Shown here in pieces: positions 47,768 through 57,990 of a stretch of DNA of 64,000 nt (its first letter is position 1; the number at the start of each line of letters is the position of its first letter). Source of the DNA: Marispirochaeta sp. GTDB taxonomy: Bacteria > Spirochaetota > Spirochaetia > JC444 > Marispirochaetaceae. Below the pieces are notes generated by a model that had not been told where the DNA came from, did not search any database, and saw only the letters and a list, made by a program, of their open reading frames with translations. A program made the position numbers and the translations under genes. The DNA lies in the NCBI GenBank assembly GCA_963676835.2, contig CAXXFF010000003.1, positions 832,001 to 896,000 of the forward strand, read 5' to 3'.

Positions 47768-49009
47768 CTAAACTGAGAACCCAAAATCACTTTCAAGAAA
47801 AGTAAAAAAATTCATCCAGTGTATTCCCTCAACATTTCCTTCGGGTAAATCATCCATTGTAATAACAAATTTTGGATGGTTATCCGGGATCAGCCTTAAA
47901 GAACGGAATTCCCGTTCCCGGGTTGATTCATTACCTAAAAGGTAGGCCACCTGGACATATGCGCAATAGTTTCCCCGGACTGCGATGAAATCTATTTCAA
48001 ACTCACCAGACCTTCCGATGCTGACAGAATACCCCCTCTTTCTCAACTCAATATAAACAATATTTTCGAGAAACAGATTGATGTCGTATTCCCTGTAACC
48101 GACAAGGGCATGCCGCAGTCCCAAATCCGCCATGTAATACTTTTCGTGAGTTTCAAGGTATCTCTTACCTTTAATATCATAGCGGGAAACCCTGTTGATT
48201 ATGAATGCCGCCTCTAAATGGTCTATATAATTGTAGACAGTTTCAATCCCCAAGGACCTTCGTTCTTTTTTTAAATAGTCTGCTACACTACGGGCAGAAA
48301 AAACGTTTCCGATGTTATCCGCAAGAAACAAAAGAAGTTTTTTCAGGAGCGCAATATCACGAATATTGTTCCGGAGCACAACATCCTTCAACAGAACACT
48401 ATCTACCATTGCAGAGAGGTATTGATATACCGGCTCCTCTGAAAACTCCAGTCTATGAATCCCGGGCATTCCACCGAAACGGAGGAATGCCCTGAAGATT
48501 TCTGCATCATTGCCGTGCTGCCCCGATTTGAAAGATTTGAATTCTGAATAAGTCAGAGGAAACACCGGAATGTTCACATATCTGCCGCTTAACAACGTAG
48601 CCAGTTCCCCGGAAAGTAACCGGGAATTTGACCCACTGATATAGATATCTGCATCATTATCAGATAGAAATGAATTGATCGCCTTTTCCCATCCGGAGAT
48701 TTCCTGAACTTCATCAATAAAAAGGTAGATTTTGGTTCCCGCCAGTACTTTCCGGCTCCGAACGTATTCGAAAAGCCTGTGGTAATCAGTGTACTCTTCG
48801 TTTTCTATGGACTCCATATTAATATACAGGATTCGCTCAGAACTTATTCCCCGATTAATCAGTTTACCGGCTACAAGCTTCATCAAAGAACTCTTTCCTG
48901 ACCTTCTTATGCCCGTAATTACTTTGATCAGAGGTGTATCTATGTATGAGGCGATTCTCTGTTCATATTCGGTTCTGTCAATTAAACCTTCAGACAATCT
49001 GTCGTTCAT
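47768..49009 (-). CDS. AAA_14/DUF4143 ATP-binding protein
   Basis: GIRRSGKS, FIDEVQ, SGSNS, LSGRY, KYYMADLG, EIDFIA; start taken at MNDR (49009). Confidence 0.9.
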   Translation of the reverse strand: MNDRLSEGLIDRTEYEQRIASYIDTPLIKVITGIRRSGKSSLMKLVAGKLINRGISSERILYINMESIENEEYTDYHRLFEYVRSRKVLAGTKIYLFIDEVQEISGWEKAINSFLSDNDADIYISGSNSRLLSGELATLLSGRYVNIPVFPLTYSEFKSFKSGQHGNDAEIFRAFLRFGGMPGIHRLEFSEEPVYQYLSAMVDSVLLKDVVLRNNIRDIALLKKLLLFLADNIGNVFSARSVADYLKKERRSLGIETVYNYIDHLEAAFIINRVSRYDIKGKRYLETHEKYYMADLGLRHALVGYREYDINLFLENIVYIELRKRGYSVSIGRSGEFEIDFIAVRGNYCAYVQVAYLLGNESTREREFRSLRLIPDNHPKFVITMDDLPEGNVEGIHWMNFFTFLESDFGFSV

Positions 49010-49112
49010 ATTAGACAACATAACACATACCATGTAATTTGTCTTTTATATTAGACAAAAGCATGAAACATCTTACACAAATTAACCTGAAGGTTATACA
49101 GGGTCATCTCTC

Positions 49113-51038
49113 TCAAACCGCGGGTAAACTTCTTATGGTGGTATCCATCTCTTCTATTGACATTGTCAGCTCATTTACTGTTTGGGTATAACCGTCCAGT
49201 TTTGCATAGGATTCCTCCGAAATTTCGACAAGGGTGCTTATGGCTGAATTCATATTCTGGCTGTTTTCGTAGGTACTCTTCAATTCCTCGGTTATCAGCC
49301 GGGATTTATCCTTTAAAATCTCCATTGCATCCACCACGGCCTGCACCGAAGTTTTACTTTCCTTGACACTGTTGTCGGTTATACCCGCAAGATTTTTTAC
49401 TTCCCTGGCCACCACGGCAAAGCCCCGCCCGGCCATACCCGCCCGGGCCGCTTCTATGGAAGCATTGAAACCAAGTAAATTAATCTTATCTGCGGTATCT
49501 ATAATGCCTGCAAGTATGTTCTGAATTGCAACGGTATTTTTTCCCAGGCCGGTAAGCTCCGCGGCAACACTTTTTTCTTCCGCGGAACTGCGGTCAACAG
49601 AATCCAGAAGTTCGGAAAACTGCGTGTTAAGAGTGCTCAGCTTTTCCTTATTCGTATCTACAAAACCGGTCAAGTCGGAAATAAACTGCATTAGTGTTGA
49701 AACAGCAATGCGGCTTTTTTCCCAAATCCGGTTCTGGATTTTCATTATCTGATTCATCCTGTTCAGTTTGCGCTTTAAACCAAGTTCCCGGAAACCGGCA
49801 TAACGGTTGATAAAGTCATCCATAAATTCATCGGAAAAGTTACCGGAGGTATTGTCGAAAAAGAACAGAGCCGTAAGGGTCTGGTTGATATTTACTCCTA
49901 ACAGCTCACCGAAGGTGGAAAAACCTGCAACAGGAATCTCGTCAAAGGTATTCACCCGGTCCAGGACCTTGTCATTTACAAGCCGCCTGAGGATACAGTC
50001 GTTAAACTGGGCTCCCAGCAGGGGAACTCTTTTTCCTTTCATAAAAGCACTGAAATCTGACTCGATGGATTCAATAAAGTCCGTATGCGCTACAAGATGA
50101 AGTTCATCCCCAAAGGTAACATCGCAGTAAAAGTAAACCCGTCTCTCGGCGTAATCGATCCTTGCCACGGACCGGACAAAGATCTCCCCGTTAATCAGCA
50201 CCGCAAAACTGAAATCCGAGAGCCTGGCATCCAGAGCATCCTCACTGCAGGAAAAATGTTGGGCAAGGACAGTAATAAAATCCTTTAAGGTCCCTGTTTC
50301 TGTATCCAGTATAGTGCTTACAAAGCGCTGGTTTTCGTCAGCCTGCCCGATGGTAAAGGTCTGCCCGGTAAGCTTGAAGTTCTGAGACTTGAGCACACCG
50401 ATGCCGATGGAATCAGCAAGGCGCATCAGTGTTACCACAGCCCGGTTCTGAACAACTTCTCGTCCATTGAAGATATAGGTATTCTGAAAATCAAGATTTC
50501 CCCCGGCAGATCCGCCAATGCTGAGACAGGGCAGTTTTCCGCTTTCATACAGAGCTTCCATGTAGAAATTTTCCGCCCGGGAGAGACCGTCAATCAGGGT
50601 AAGAGCCACACACCGCCGGTAATCTATGGAAAAAGGGGGATTGATCTTTTCAATCTCCCGGCGTATTCGCTCTATTTTCTCCTGAGCATCAAGACCGGGA
50701 TCGAAAAGATCTATACTGTGAATATAGACATCATCAACTACCAGGGAACTGAAGCTTTGAAATACAATTGTATCCCGCTCTTCCAGTGCCTTGATATAAA
50801 AAGGAGCTTCACTTCCACCGTCATTACCAGAGCAGACTTCCCCTGCGGTTGAGGTAAGTACCAGCGGAATAGACCCGAATAGACGCTTGAGGTCATCAGC
50901 AGCTTTCTCGAAAGGGATATCCGGTGAAAGGTAACCTAGAATTAAGCGGGTCTCCGCTTTTTCAAAGGTAATCTCGGCTTTATCAAAAGTATCAAGACTT
51001 TTAAAACTAATGGTTGCTACGCGTATAAAATCGTTCAC
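49113..51038 (-). CDS. FIST-domain methyl-accepting chemotaxis protein (cytoplasmic)
   Basis: GGSAGG, DCILRR, GFSTFGE FIST motifs; INLLGFNASIEAARAG..GRGFAVVAREV MCP signature. Confidence 0.88.
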   Translation of the reverse strand: MNDFIRVATISFKSLDTFDKAEITFEKAETRLILGYLSPDIPFEKAADDLKRLFGSIPLVLTSTAGEVCSGNDGGSEAPFYIKALEERDTIVFQSFSSLVVDDVYIHSIDLFDPGLDAQEKIERIRREIEKINPPFSIDYRRCVALTLIDGLSRAENFYMEALYESGKLPCLSIGGSAGGNLDFQNTYIFNGREVVQNRAVVTLMRLADSIGIGVLKSQNFKLTGQTFTIGQADENQRFVSTILDTETGTLKDFITVLAQHFSCSEDALDARLSDFSFAVLINGEIFVRSVARIDYAERRVYFYCDVTFGDELHLVAHTDFIESIESDFSAFMKGKRVPLLGAQFNDCILRRLVNDKVLDRVNTFDEIPVAGFSTFGELLGVNINQTLTALFFFDNTSGNFSDEFMDDFINRYAGFRELGLKRKLNRMNQIMKIQNRIWEKSRIAVSTLMQFISDLTGFVDTNKEKLSTLNTQFSELLDSVDRSSAEEKSVAAELTGLGKNTVAIQNILAGIIDTADKINLLGFNASIEAARAGMAGRGFAVVAREVKNLAGITDNSVKESKTSVQAVVDAMEILKDKSRLITEELKSTYENSQNMNSAISTLVEISEESYAKLDGYTQTVNELTMSIEEMDTTIRSLPAV

Positions 51039-51143
51039 TCTGCAGTCTCCCGGTCAAAGTATTTCTGGAGAACTGTTTTTATAAAGTTTTCAGACGATGA
51101 ATAACAGCATAGGAAATTTTAACTGGAAAAGCAAAACAGATGA

Positions 51144-52349
51144 TCACTTTCGTGTGGAAAATAATACCAGAGCCTCGGCTGAAAATAAGACACCTGCGGA
51201 CAGGACAAACACCAGGAGAGGAAACAGACCAGTGGATTCCTGCTGAAAAACCAATCCGGCAACAGGCGGAATAAAGGCACTGCCGCAATACCCCGCAGCC
51301 ATCTGCAGTCCGATAATTTTTGCAGCTCTCTCACCCCCGAAACGCTTGGGAGTTTCGTGCAGCATGCCGGGAAATACCGGAGCAAAACCCAGGCCGAGCA
51401 GAATCAGGGGAGCGCCGTAGAAGTTGCCCTGCAGGAGAGCATGCTGTGGAAGCAGAAAAAGAACCACAGCGAACAACGCCGTAATCATTCCAAATCGGAT
51501 AAGGTATTTATTGGATACCCGAAAAGAGAGAAACCCAGCAAGAATACGGCCAACTGTAATTCCTGCATAATAAAGGGAAACCCAGACTGCAGCTGACTTA
51601 ATACTGAACCCCCGGGAATGTACAAGATAACTGCTTCCCCAGAGGCCGGCTGATGTTTCTGCACCACCGTATAAAAGGAAAACAGCCATCGCAGCTAACA
51701 GCTTTCCCCGAATTCCACCTTCGGGATTACCTATCCTCCCGGACTCAGATAAAGCGTCCACTTCATCCGGAGAAGGGCTTTTCCGGGTATGGAAATTCCA
51801 TAGGGAGAAACTGGCCATAATGATACAGGCTACAAGTAACTGAATAGCAAACAGGGAGAAATACCCGGTTCGCCATGAAGAATTAAACTGCATAAACAGG
51901 GCTATAAGCAGTGGTCCCGAGGTTGCACCAATTCCCCAGAAAGCATGAAGCCAGTTCATATGGTGGGCTCGAAAATGGACAGCAACATAATGGTTCAGTG
52001 CCGCATCCACCGACCCTCCGCCGAATCCCAAAGGTGCCGCAAAAATAATCAGCCATAGCCATGAGGGAGCGACAGAAAACCCCAGAATGGCTACCGCAGT
52101 TGTCAGCGTACTGAAGAGGGTTATCCGAAATGTTCCTAATCTGGTAATCAGCCAGCCGCTGAAGAGACTGGAGAGAATAGTCCCGGAAATAACAATCATT
52201 GAAACAAGTCCGCCCAGACCCAAAGCCAGAGACCACTCCTCTTGAATGGCGGGAAAAACCACACCGAACACAGAATCCGGCAGTCCGAGGCTTATAAATG
52301 TCAGGTAGATGACCATCAGGAGCAAAATCATCCGTAAACGATCATTCAA
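51144..52349 (-). CDS. MFS transporter
   Basis: FISLGLPDS, GSVDAALNHYVA, HMNWLHAFWGIG; ~12 TM segments. Confidence 0.92.
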   Translation of the reverse strand: MNDRLRMILLLMVIYLTFISLGLPDSVFGVVFPAIQEEWSLALGLGGLVSMIVISGTILSSLFSGWLITRLGTFRITLFSTLTTAVAILGFSVAPSWLWLIIFAAPLGFGGGSVDAALNHYVAVHFRAHHMNWLHAFWGIGATSGPLLIALFMQFNSSWRTGYFSLFAIQLLVACIIMASFSLWNFHTRKSPSPDEVDALSESGRIGNPEGGIRGKLLAAMAVFLLYGGAETSAGLWGSSYLVHSRGFSIKSAAVWVSLYYAGITVGRILAGFLSFRVSNKYLIRFGMITALFAVVLFLLPQHALLQGNFYGAPLILLGLGFAPVFPGMLHETPKRFGGERAAKIIGLQMAAGYCGSAFIPPVAGLVFQQESTGLFPLLVFVLSAGVLFSAEALVLFSTRK

Positions 52350-52397
52350 TTCTTTTAGTGTCCTTACTGTTATTATTTCATTCTTATTCCTTTTTGC

Positions 52398-52432
52398 AAT
52401 AGAGAGTTTTAATAGAGAGTTTTAATAGAGAG
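52398..52432. repeat. 13-bp tandem repeat (2.7 copies)
   Basis: AATAGAGAGTTTT twice plus AATAGAGAG. Confidence 0.85.
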
Positions 52433-52506
52433 ATGCAGTAGTGAGACACAATGGATAAATGCAACAGATGGATTGCTTTTATCAAATTGCCTGCTACAAT
52501 ACTTCC

Positions 52507-53583
52507 ATGCAGGGGTTTCTCTTTCTTACCGCACCGGGACTCGAAGATATGGTGAAGAGTGAAATTCTGGATTTTCTGCGCAAAGAAAGTACTTCTACTG
52601 AAAATATCCAATCCGGCAGCGGCCGGGGATGGGTCTTTGTAACATCGGTACCGGGGATTGTTCCGGAAGAGTTGAGCCGGGCTGTAACCTGTTCCTTCCG
52701 CACTATTGGAGTAAAGGGATCAGCCAAACGAGGCGGTTCCCCAGCTGAGATCGAAGCCGCCGCGCTGGCAGAAAGAAGCGGGTTTCCAGAGCTGAAAAAA
52801 CACCCCTCTTTTCGTATTACCTGCTTTCCCGGCTCCGAGCCTTCCGGGACAGCCCGTCTGGTAGAACAGTCCGTGGGAGCGAACGCCGTTAACAGCACAG
52901 GCGCCCCGGTGAGCCTGAAAAAGTACAGCATAAACTACGGTGTAGAGTTTATAGATCAGCGTATATTCTTCGGTACAGTACTGAAGAATGAAGAGGATAC
53001 TCCCAGGTACCGAAAACAGTTTCAGGTACGTACCTCTGTGCGGGCTCATATTGCAGCAGCCATGCTGAGGCTCTGCGGCTATACGGGCCAGCCGGGAGTT
53101 CTTCTGGATCCCTGCTGCGGATCCGGTACAATTCTGCTGGAGGCAGCGTCTGTTCATCCTGGAATAAGGCTGTACGGCGTTGATATTGATCCGAAATGTG
53201 TGGAAGGAAGCCAGCGAAACCTAAAAGCTCTGGCAAAGGCAGGAGCAAAAGCAGGGGATGGAAGCAGAACTTACCAGGGAGATGCCCGGAAGCTTACAGA
53301 AATGTTTCCCGCCGGGAACATAGCCTTCCTGGTATCCAACCTGCCCTTCGGGATTCGTACAGGGAAGAAAATCAATTTCTACAGCTTCTATCGGGATCTG
53401 CTGAAAGGTGCCGATAGAGTTCTTATGCAGAAAGGAAGAGCGGCCCTTCTGATAGGACGAAATCGGGGTATTCTGGAACGGGCCGTGGAGGATGACAATA
53501 AATTTAAAATAATCCACCGGCGAGCTATAGAGGTGGCCGGGCTGCATCCGGCAGTTTACATTCTGCAGAAGAAGGAGCCTTAA
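52507..53583 (+). CDS. THUMP-domain class I RNA methyltransferase
   Basis: TAPGLED, AAAML, LDPCCGSGTILLEA, NLPFG. Confidence 0.8.
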   Translation: MQGFLFLTAPGLEDMVKSEILDFLRKESTSTENIQSGSGRGWVFVTSVPGIVPEELSRAVTCSFRTIGVKGSAKRGGSPAEIEAAALAERSGFPELKKHPSFRITCFPGSEPSGTARLVEQSVGANAVNSTGAPVSLKKYSINYGVEFIDQRIFFGTVLKNEEDTPRYRKQFQVRTSVRAHIAAAMLRLCGYTGQPGVLLDPCCGSGTILLEAASVHPGIRLYGVDIDPKCVEGSQRNLKALAKAGAKAGDGSRTYQGDARKLTEMFPAGNIAFLVSNLPFGIRTGKKINFYSFYRDLLKGADRVLMQKGRAALLIGRNRGILERAVEDDNKFKIIHRRAIEVAGLHPAVYILQKKEP

Positions 53584-54590
53584 TGGAGTTTTTTTTCAAC
53601 AGCCGGTTCGATTCTCTTATAGGCGGCATCAGCGGACAATTCGGCACAACACCGCTGGGATTTCTGCTTTTCTGCCTGACCATACTGGCCTTTCCTCTGG
53701 TGCTGCTGATTATCTACCGTCGGCAGCAGAAAAAATCAACCAGGGAGCTGCTGGAAAAAAGCCGCCGTATTATTGAGAAAAAGGCGGCAAAGCTGGAGCT
53801 GAATGCACGGGAAAAAGAGGTTCTATTGAGACTCGCAGAAGAGACCGGCTCAGGTAAGTCGGGCTATTTGATTCTTTTTGACGAACTCCGCTTTAACAAG
53901 GCCCTGGAGACACTCTCCCTTGAAGATCCTGATTTTGATACCGATGCAGCTGCCGCCCTGAGGGTTAAGCTTGAGTTTAAAATGGAAAACAGCGGAAAGC
54001 CCCGATCCACCGCCGCACTGCCCAAAGGCAGTTCACTTCTGCTTAAAGGAGAAAAAGAGAAAACCATTCTCCATGCAGAACTGAATGCAATACTTCCTGA
54101 GGGCTTTGAAATACGTATTCAGCCTCCCTACCGACTGGCTATTGGTGATAAGGCTGTGTTTCAGTACCAGAATGCCCATGGTGTGTTTCTGTTTAAAAGC
54201 GAATGCCTGAAACGGGACGGACAGCTTCATGTAATGAGTCATCAGTCACATTTTCAGCAAAAGCAGAAGCGTGCCTTTTTCCGCTCCCCCTGGGACGGTC
54301 CGGTGGAACTCTCCCTGTTTGAGAAAGGTGATTCTGTTTCGGCCCGCTTTATAGAAATCGGCGGCGGCGGTGCCAGTGTTTCAAATCCCGCAGGCAGATT
54401 CAGCCAGGGCGATTTTATCTCCCTCACTTTTCAACTGCCCGGGAACAGCCACCGCTTTGAACTGCGGGGCCAGGTATTAAGAACGACAAAGCAGAACAGC
54501 AGACTGCATATAAAGTTCGAGGGCCTTAAAGACGGTGACAGGGATAAAATAATCGGCCTTATCTTTAAACCGAAGGCGGAAGTGAAGTAG
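53583..54590 (+). CDS. Membrane-anchored PilZ domain protein
   Basis: N-terminal TM; QKRAFFR and EIGGGG resemble the c-di-GMP-binding motifs. Confidence 0.78.
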   Translation: MEFFFNSRFDSLIGGISGQFGTTPLGFLLFCLTILAFPLVLLIIYRRQQKKSTRELLEKSRRIIEKKAAKLELNAREKEVLLRLAEETGSGKSGYLILFDELRFNKALETLSLEDPDFDTDAAAALRVKLEFKMENSGKPRSTAALPKGSSLLLKGEKEKTILHAELNAILPEGFEIRIQPPYRLAIGDKAVFQYQNAHGVFLFKSECLKRDGQLHVMSHQSHFQQKQKRAFFRSPWDGPVELSLFEKGDSVSARFIEIGGGGASVSNPAGRFSQGDFISLTFQLPGNSHRFELRGQVLRTTKQNSRLHIKFEGLKDGDRDKIIGLIFKPKAEVK

Positions 54591-54602
54591 ACTCTTTCTG
54601 TC

Positions 54603-55451
54603 ATGGACTTCAAACGGCATTACTCAAACCCTCCGAAACCGGAAGAAATACAGGATTTTCAGAAAAGAATAATCTCTTATTATAACGAATCGGGAAGAGA
54701 CTTCCCCTGGCGGAAAAACATTACCCCCTTCTCCATTCTTGTCTCGGAGATTATGCTGCAGCAGACTCAGGTATTCCGGGTAGAGCCGAAATTTCTAGGC
54801 TGGCTTGAAGAAGTTCCGGGTTTTGCAGAACTTGCGGAGATTTCCACACCGAAACTGCTGGAACTCTGGCAGGGCCTGGGCTATAACCGTCGGGCACTTG
54901 CTTTACGTGAATCTGCCCGTAAGGTGATGAATGAGTTTAATGGAGAACTCCCGGCAGATCCGGAAGTACTGCGCACCTTTCCCGGAATCGGTCCGGCAAC
55001 AGCCGCATCAATCTGTGCCTTCGCCTTCAACATGCCGGTTGTCTTTATTGAAACCAATATACGCCGGGTCTTTATACATTTCTTCTTCGGCGATAAATCA
55101 GAAGGAGTAAGCGATAAAGAACTGCTTCCTTTAGTTGAGGCTGCGCTGTATAAGGAGAGTCCCCGTGACTGGTACAACGCGCTTATGGATCTTGGAACAG
55201 AGCTTAAAACTATTGTTCCAAACCCGAACAGACGCAGCCGCCATTATACAAAGCAGGCAGCCTTTGAAGGCTCCAACCGCCAGGCCCGGGGGGCAATACT
55301 AAAGGTTCTTCAATCCACTCCAGGCATTGATGCAAATGAGATTGCCGGAAAAACAGGAATTGAGTACGACCGAATAGAAAAAGCTGCACGGCAGCTGGAG
55401 GATGAAGGCTTTATTGCTGCGGAGAAAGGTGTTTACCGGCTGAAGAGCTGA
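54603..55451 (+). CDS. mutY: A/G-specific adenine glycosylase (short MutY-like)
   Basis: RDFPWR, VSEIMLQQTQV, WQGLGYNRRA, PGIGPATA HhH; no Fe-S cysteines. Confidence 0.8.
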   Translation: MDFKRHYSNPPKPEEIQDFQKRIISYYNESGRDFPWRKNITPFSILVSEIMLQQTQVFRVEPKFLGWLEEVPGFAELAEISTPKLLELWQGLGYNRRALALRESARKVMNEFNGELPADPEVLRTFPGIGPATAASICAFAFNMPVVFIETNIRRVFIHFFFGDKSEGVSDKELLPLVEAALYKESPRDWYNALMDLGTELKTIVPNPNRRSRHYTKQAAFEGSNRQARGAILKVLQSTPGIDANEIAGKTGIEYDRIEKAARQLEDEGFIAAEKGVYRLKS

Positions 55452-55540
55452 ATTACCAGATAGTTGTCTTTAATTCCTGAAAATACCCATATGAAAAAAA
55501 ATAAAAGAGAAAACACGAGTATAAAAACTAACAGAGTGAA

Positions 55541-55870
55541 CTAATCCACCAGCATTTCCTGAAGAACACTCTTCACATTTTCAATCTCATTCCCTGAGAT
55601 CTCTCCCAGATTCTTAATCAGCCTTTTTCGATCTATCGTACGTATCTGATCCAGGACAATCCAGCCTACTTTCCCGGCAAATTTCACCTTCACCCGGGTT
55701 GGGTAAGGATGTGATTTTGTAGTCATAGGTGCGATGATTACGGTCTGGATTGATCTGTTCATTTCATCAGGAGAAATAACAACGCAGGGTCTTACTTTCT
55801 TTATTTCATGGCCAACCGTGGGGTCGAGGTTTATCAGAACAACATCGTACTGCCGGATCACCATTCCCAC
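55541..55870 (-). CDS. mazF: PemK/MazF toxin
   Basis: LDPTVGHEIKKVRPCVVIS, DQIRTIDRKRL. Confidence 0.92.
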   Translation of the reverse strand: MGMVIRQYDVVLINLDPTVGHEIKKVRPCVVISPDEMNRSIQTVIIAPMTTKSHPYPTRVKVKFAGKVGWIVLDQIRTIDRKRLIKNLGEISGNEIENVKSVLQEMLVD

Positions 55871-56109
55871 TGGAACTCATCCGACTCTGTCAGGTTCTCA
55901 TCCAGAAGCTGCGCATCTTCCCCGTACTCATGCATTTTCTCAAATGCCTCAGACCAGTTCTCCCTGGGCTGCCTGTTCACCGGTCGCAGATGGAGTTCTT
56001 TGTCGTGAACTTCAAGTTCCACCTGATCTTCGATTTTCAGCTGCTGAATAATACTTTTCGGGATTCGGATTCCTCTGGAATTGCCGATGGGAATTACTGA
56101 TACCAGCAT
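55858..56109 (-). CDS. mazE: AbrB/MazE antitoxin
   Basis: IGNSRGIRIPK; overlaps toxin; GAGG RBS before ATG at 56109. Confidence 0.92.
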   Translation of the reverse strand: MLVSVIPIGNSRGIRIPKSIIQQLKIEDQVELEVHDKELHLRPVNRQPRENWSEAFEKMHEYGEDAQLLDENLTESDEFQWEW

Positions 56110-56120
56110 AAACAACCTCT

Positions 56121-56147
56121 TAATGTAACTATAAAGTAATTACATTA
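56121..56147. promoter_or_regulatory. Probable toxin-antitoxin autoregulatory operator
   Basis: TAATGTAA-N11-TTACATTA. Confidence 0.7.
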
Positions 56148-56235
56148 TGCGATCAAGCTGCCGAAAAAGCTTCCCCGGGGAAGATTTATGTACAAGGGTC
56201 GGTAAAAACGATATCTTTACGGCTCTGCCTGAAAG

Positions 56236-56628
56236 CTAATCACTCAGCTCTATAGGAATCCCCAGGGCACTGTCCTTATAGAATAGAATCTGCCTGCCTC
56301 TGAGCCCGGTACGCGGTTTTTCCGCCAGGGGAGTACAGCCGTTTTTCTCAAGCTCAGCCATATCACCTGCTATATCCTCAGAGGTAAAGGAAAAATGGTG
56401 GATAAGGGCATGTTCCCCGGGAGCACTACCCCGCATGTTGTTTTCCTCGTTATTGTCTTCGATAAGTTCAATACTGCAGTTTTCAAAGGGAATCAGGGCA
56501 ACCTTCTTTTTTGCTTCAGGTACCGATTTAACCGGCACAACGGGCTTGCCCAGAGATTTACAGAACTGCTCCACAACCTTTTCAATATCTGTAACTACAA
56601 TTCCAATATGGTTGATTTGATCTATCAT
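56236..56628 (-). CDS. VOC/glyoxalase family protein (methylmalonyl-CoA epimerase-like)
   Basis: INHIGIVV, IELIE, IHHFSF, PIEL. Confidence 0.8.
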   Translation of the reverse strand: MIDQINHIGIVVTDIEKVVEQFCKSLGKPVVPVKSVPEAKKKVALIPFENCSIELIEDNNEENNMRGSAPGEHALIHHFSFTSEDIAGDMAELEKNGCTPLAEKPRTGLRGRQILFYKDSALGIPIELSD

Positions 56629-56657
56629 GTGACCTCCTGAAATTACCATGGTATTAT

Positions 56658-57800
56658 ATGGTAAAAGAAAGGAAAAACGCAGGTAAAAACATGGGAATAA
56701 TTCTACTAATCGGCAGTTGGATTATCACAATTCTCCTCATATTTATCTCACTTATGATTCTGGGGATGGGCGGCTGGCTGCAGGCACCGCTGATGCTGAG
56801 CATGGCAGCTCTGTTTTTTCCGCCCCTCTTTGCTTTTCTCACCGGTAAAGGAATACATATTGCCTGGTGGCAGCGGGGAATAGCCGTTGTTTTAATCTAC
56901 ACCCTTATAATGCTCTCCTTCATACTCAACCCGGCTGTTTCAATTTACAAATCCCCGGCATACCGCACGAAGCTGCTGCAGATTTATGATGAAAAACTGA
57001 CACAATGGCCGACACCATACGAAAGCCGATTTATCGATACTAAATACGGAAAAGTTCATGTTATTGTCAGCGGCCCGGAAAAGGGCTACCCGGTAATGCT
57101 GATTAATGCCTCGGGGCTTGCCGGATGGTCATGGATTTATAATGTTGGAGATCTGAATAAAACCTACCGCACCTATGCAATCGACAACATTGGAGAAGCG
57201 GGGAAAAACGAGCTGCTTAAGCCAAAACAGATTCCCCACACCGGGGAAGAAATTGCAGAATACTACACCGATATAAGCCATAAACTGGGAATAGAAAAAT
57301 CCCATGTAATCGGAGCTTCAATCGGCGGCTTTATCGCCACCAACTACGCCATGTATGCTCCGGAAAGAGTGGACAGACTGGTGCTGCTGGGGTCCATGGG
57401 CTACGGCTCAACACCGGCAACCATAGCCACCATGATTATTGCCCAGGGATTTCCCATAAAGCCCGTTCAGGATGCCACCTTCCGCTGGGCCTTCGGTGAC
57501 AGTCCTGTTCTTGCAGAAGATTTCGGCCCCTGGTTCCGGCTGGTAATGAAGGGAATGGTACCCACCCCGATAATGCCCCGCTCTTTTTCTGAAGAAGAAC
57601 TGAAAAAAGTAACAGTTCCGACTCTCAGCTTTGTTGGATCTAAAGATGCAGTTGTTGGCAAGGCCGAAAATGCCGCAGCACTGGCCGGATCAATACCGGG
57701 ATCCGAAGTATTAATCGTGAACAGCGGACACCTTATGGGAGCAGAACTGGCCAATGAGGTTAATCCGAAGATAACAGCCTTTCTGGCTGGAAAACCATAA
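56658..57800 (+). CDS. Membrane-anchored alpha/beta hydrolase
   Basis: Three N-terminal TMs, GASIGG nucleophile elbow, GSKD, SGH. Confidence 0.85.
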   Translation: MVKERKNAGKNMGIILLIGSWIITILLIFISLMILGMGGWLQAPLMLSMAALFFPPLFAFLTGKGIHIAWWQRGIAVVLIYTLIMLSFILNPAVSIYKSPAYRTKLLQIYDEKLTQWPTPYESRFIDTKYGKVHVIVSGPEKGYPVMLINASGLAGWSWIYNVGDLNKTYRTYAIDNIGEAGKNELLKPKQIPHTGEEIAEYYTDISHKLGIEKSHVIGASIGGFIATNYAMYAPERVDRLVLLGSMGYGSTPATIATMIIAQGFPIKPVQDATFRWAFGDSPVLAEDFGPWFRLVMKGMVPTPIMPRSFSEEELKKVTVPTLSFVGSKDAVVGKAENAAALAGSIPGSEVLIVNSGHLMGAELANEVNPKITAFLAGKP

Positions 57801-57961
57801 AGGCACTTCTAAAAACCTAGTATTTTTGGCCATAGCCTAGGAGGATAGATTTTATAGCGCCCGCACCCAGCTATTTAATCTTCGATTAAGTAGCTGGAGT
57901 GGACCGCAGGAAATCTTGACAACGCAGGATATGGAGAAAAGAGTAGTTTTTAGAGTTGGCC
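57801..57961. mobile_element. MITE-like element, copy 2
   Basis: AGGCACTTCTAAAAAC...GTTTTTAGAGTTGGCC; flanked by ATAA on both sides. Confidence 0.75.
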
Positions 57962-57990
57962 ATAAAAGATTTAAAAGAGGGAGCAACAAA

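Noticed and set aside
57916..57990. N-terminal extension of the flavodoxin, and TTGACA in the MITE as an outward promoter
   Set aside because: The start lies inside the MITE, a better RBS/ATG is at 57991, and no -10 follows at 17-bp spacing
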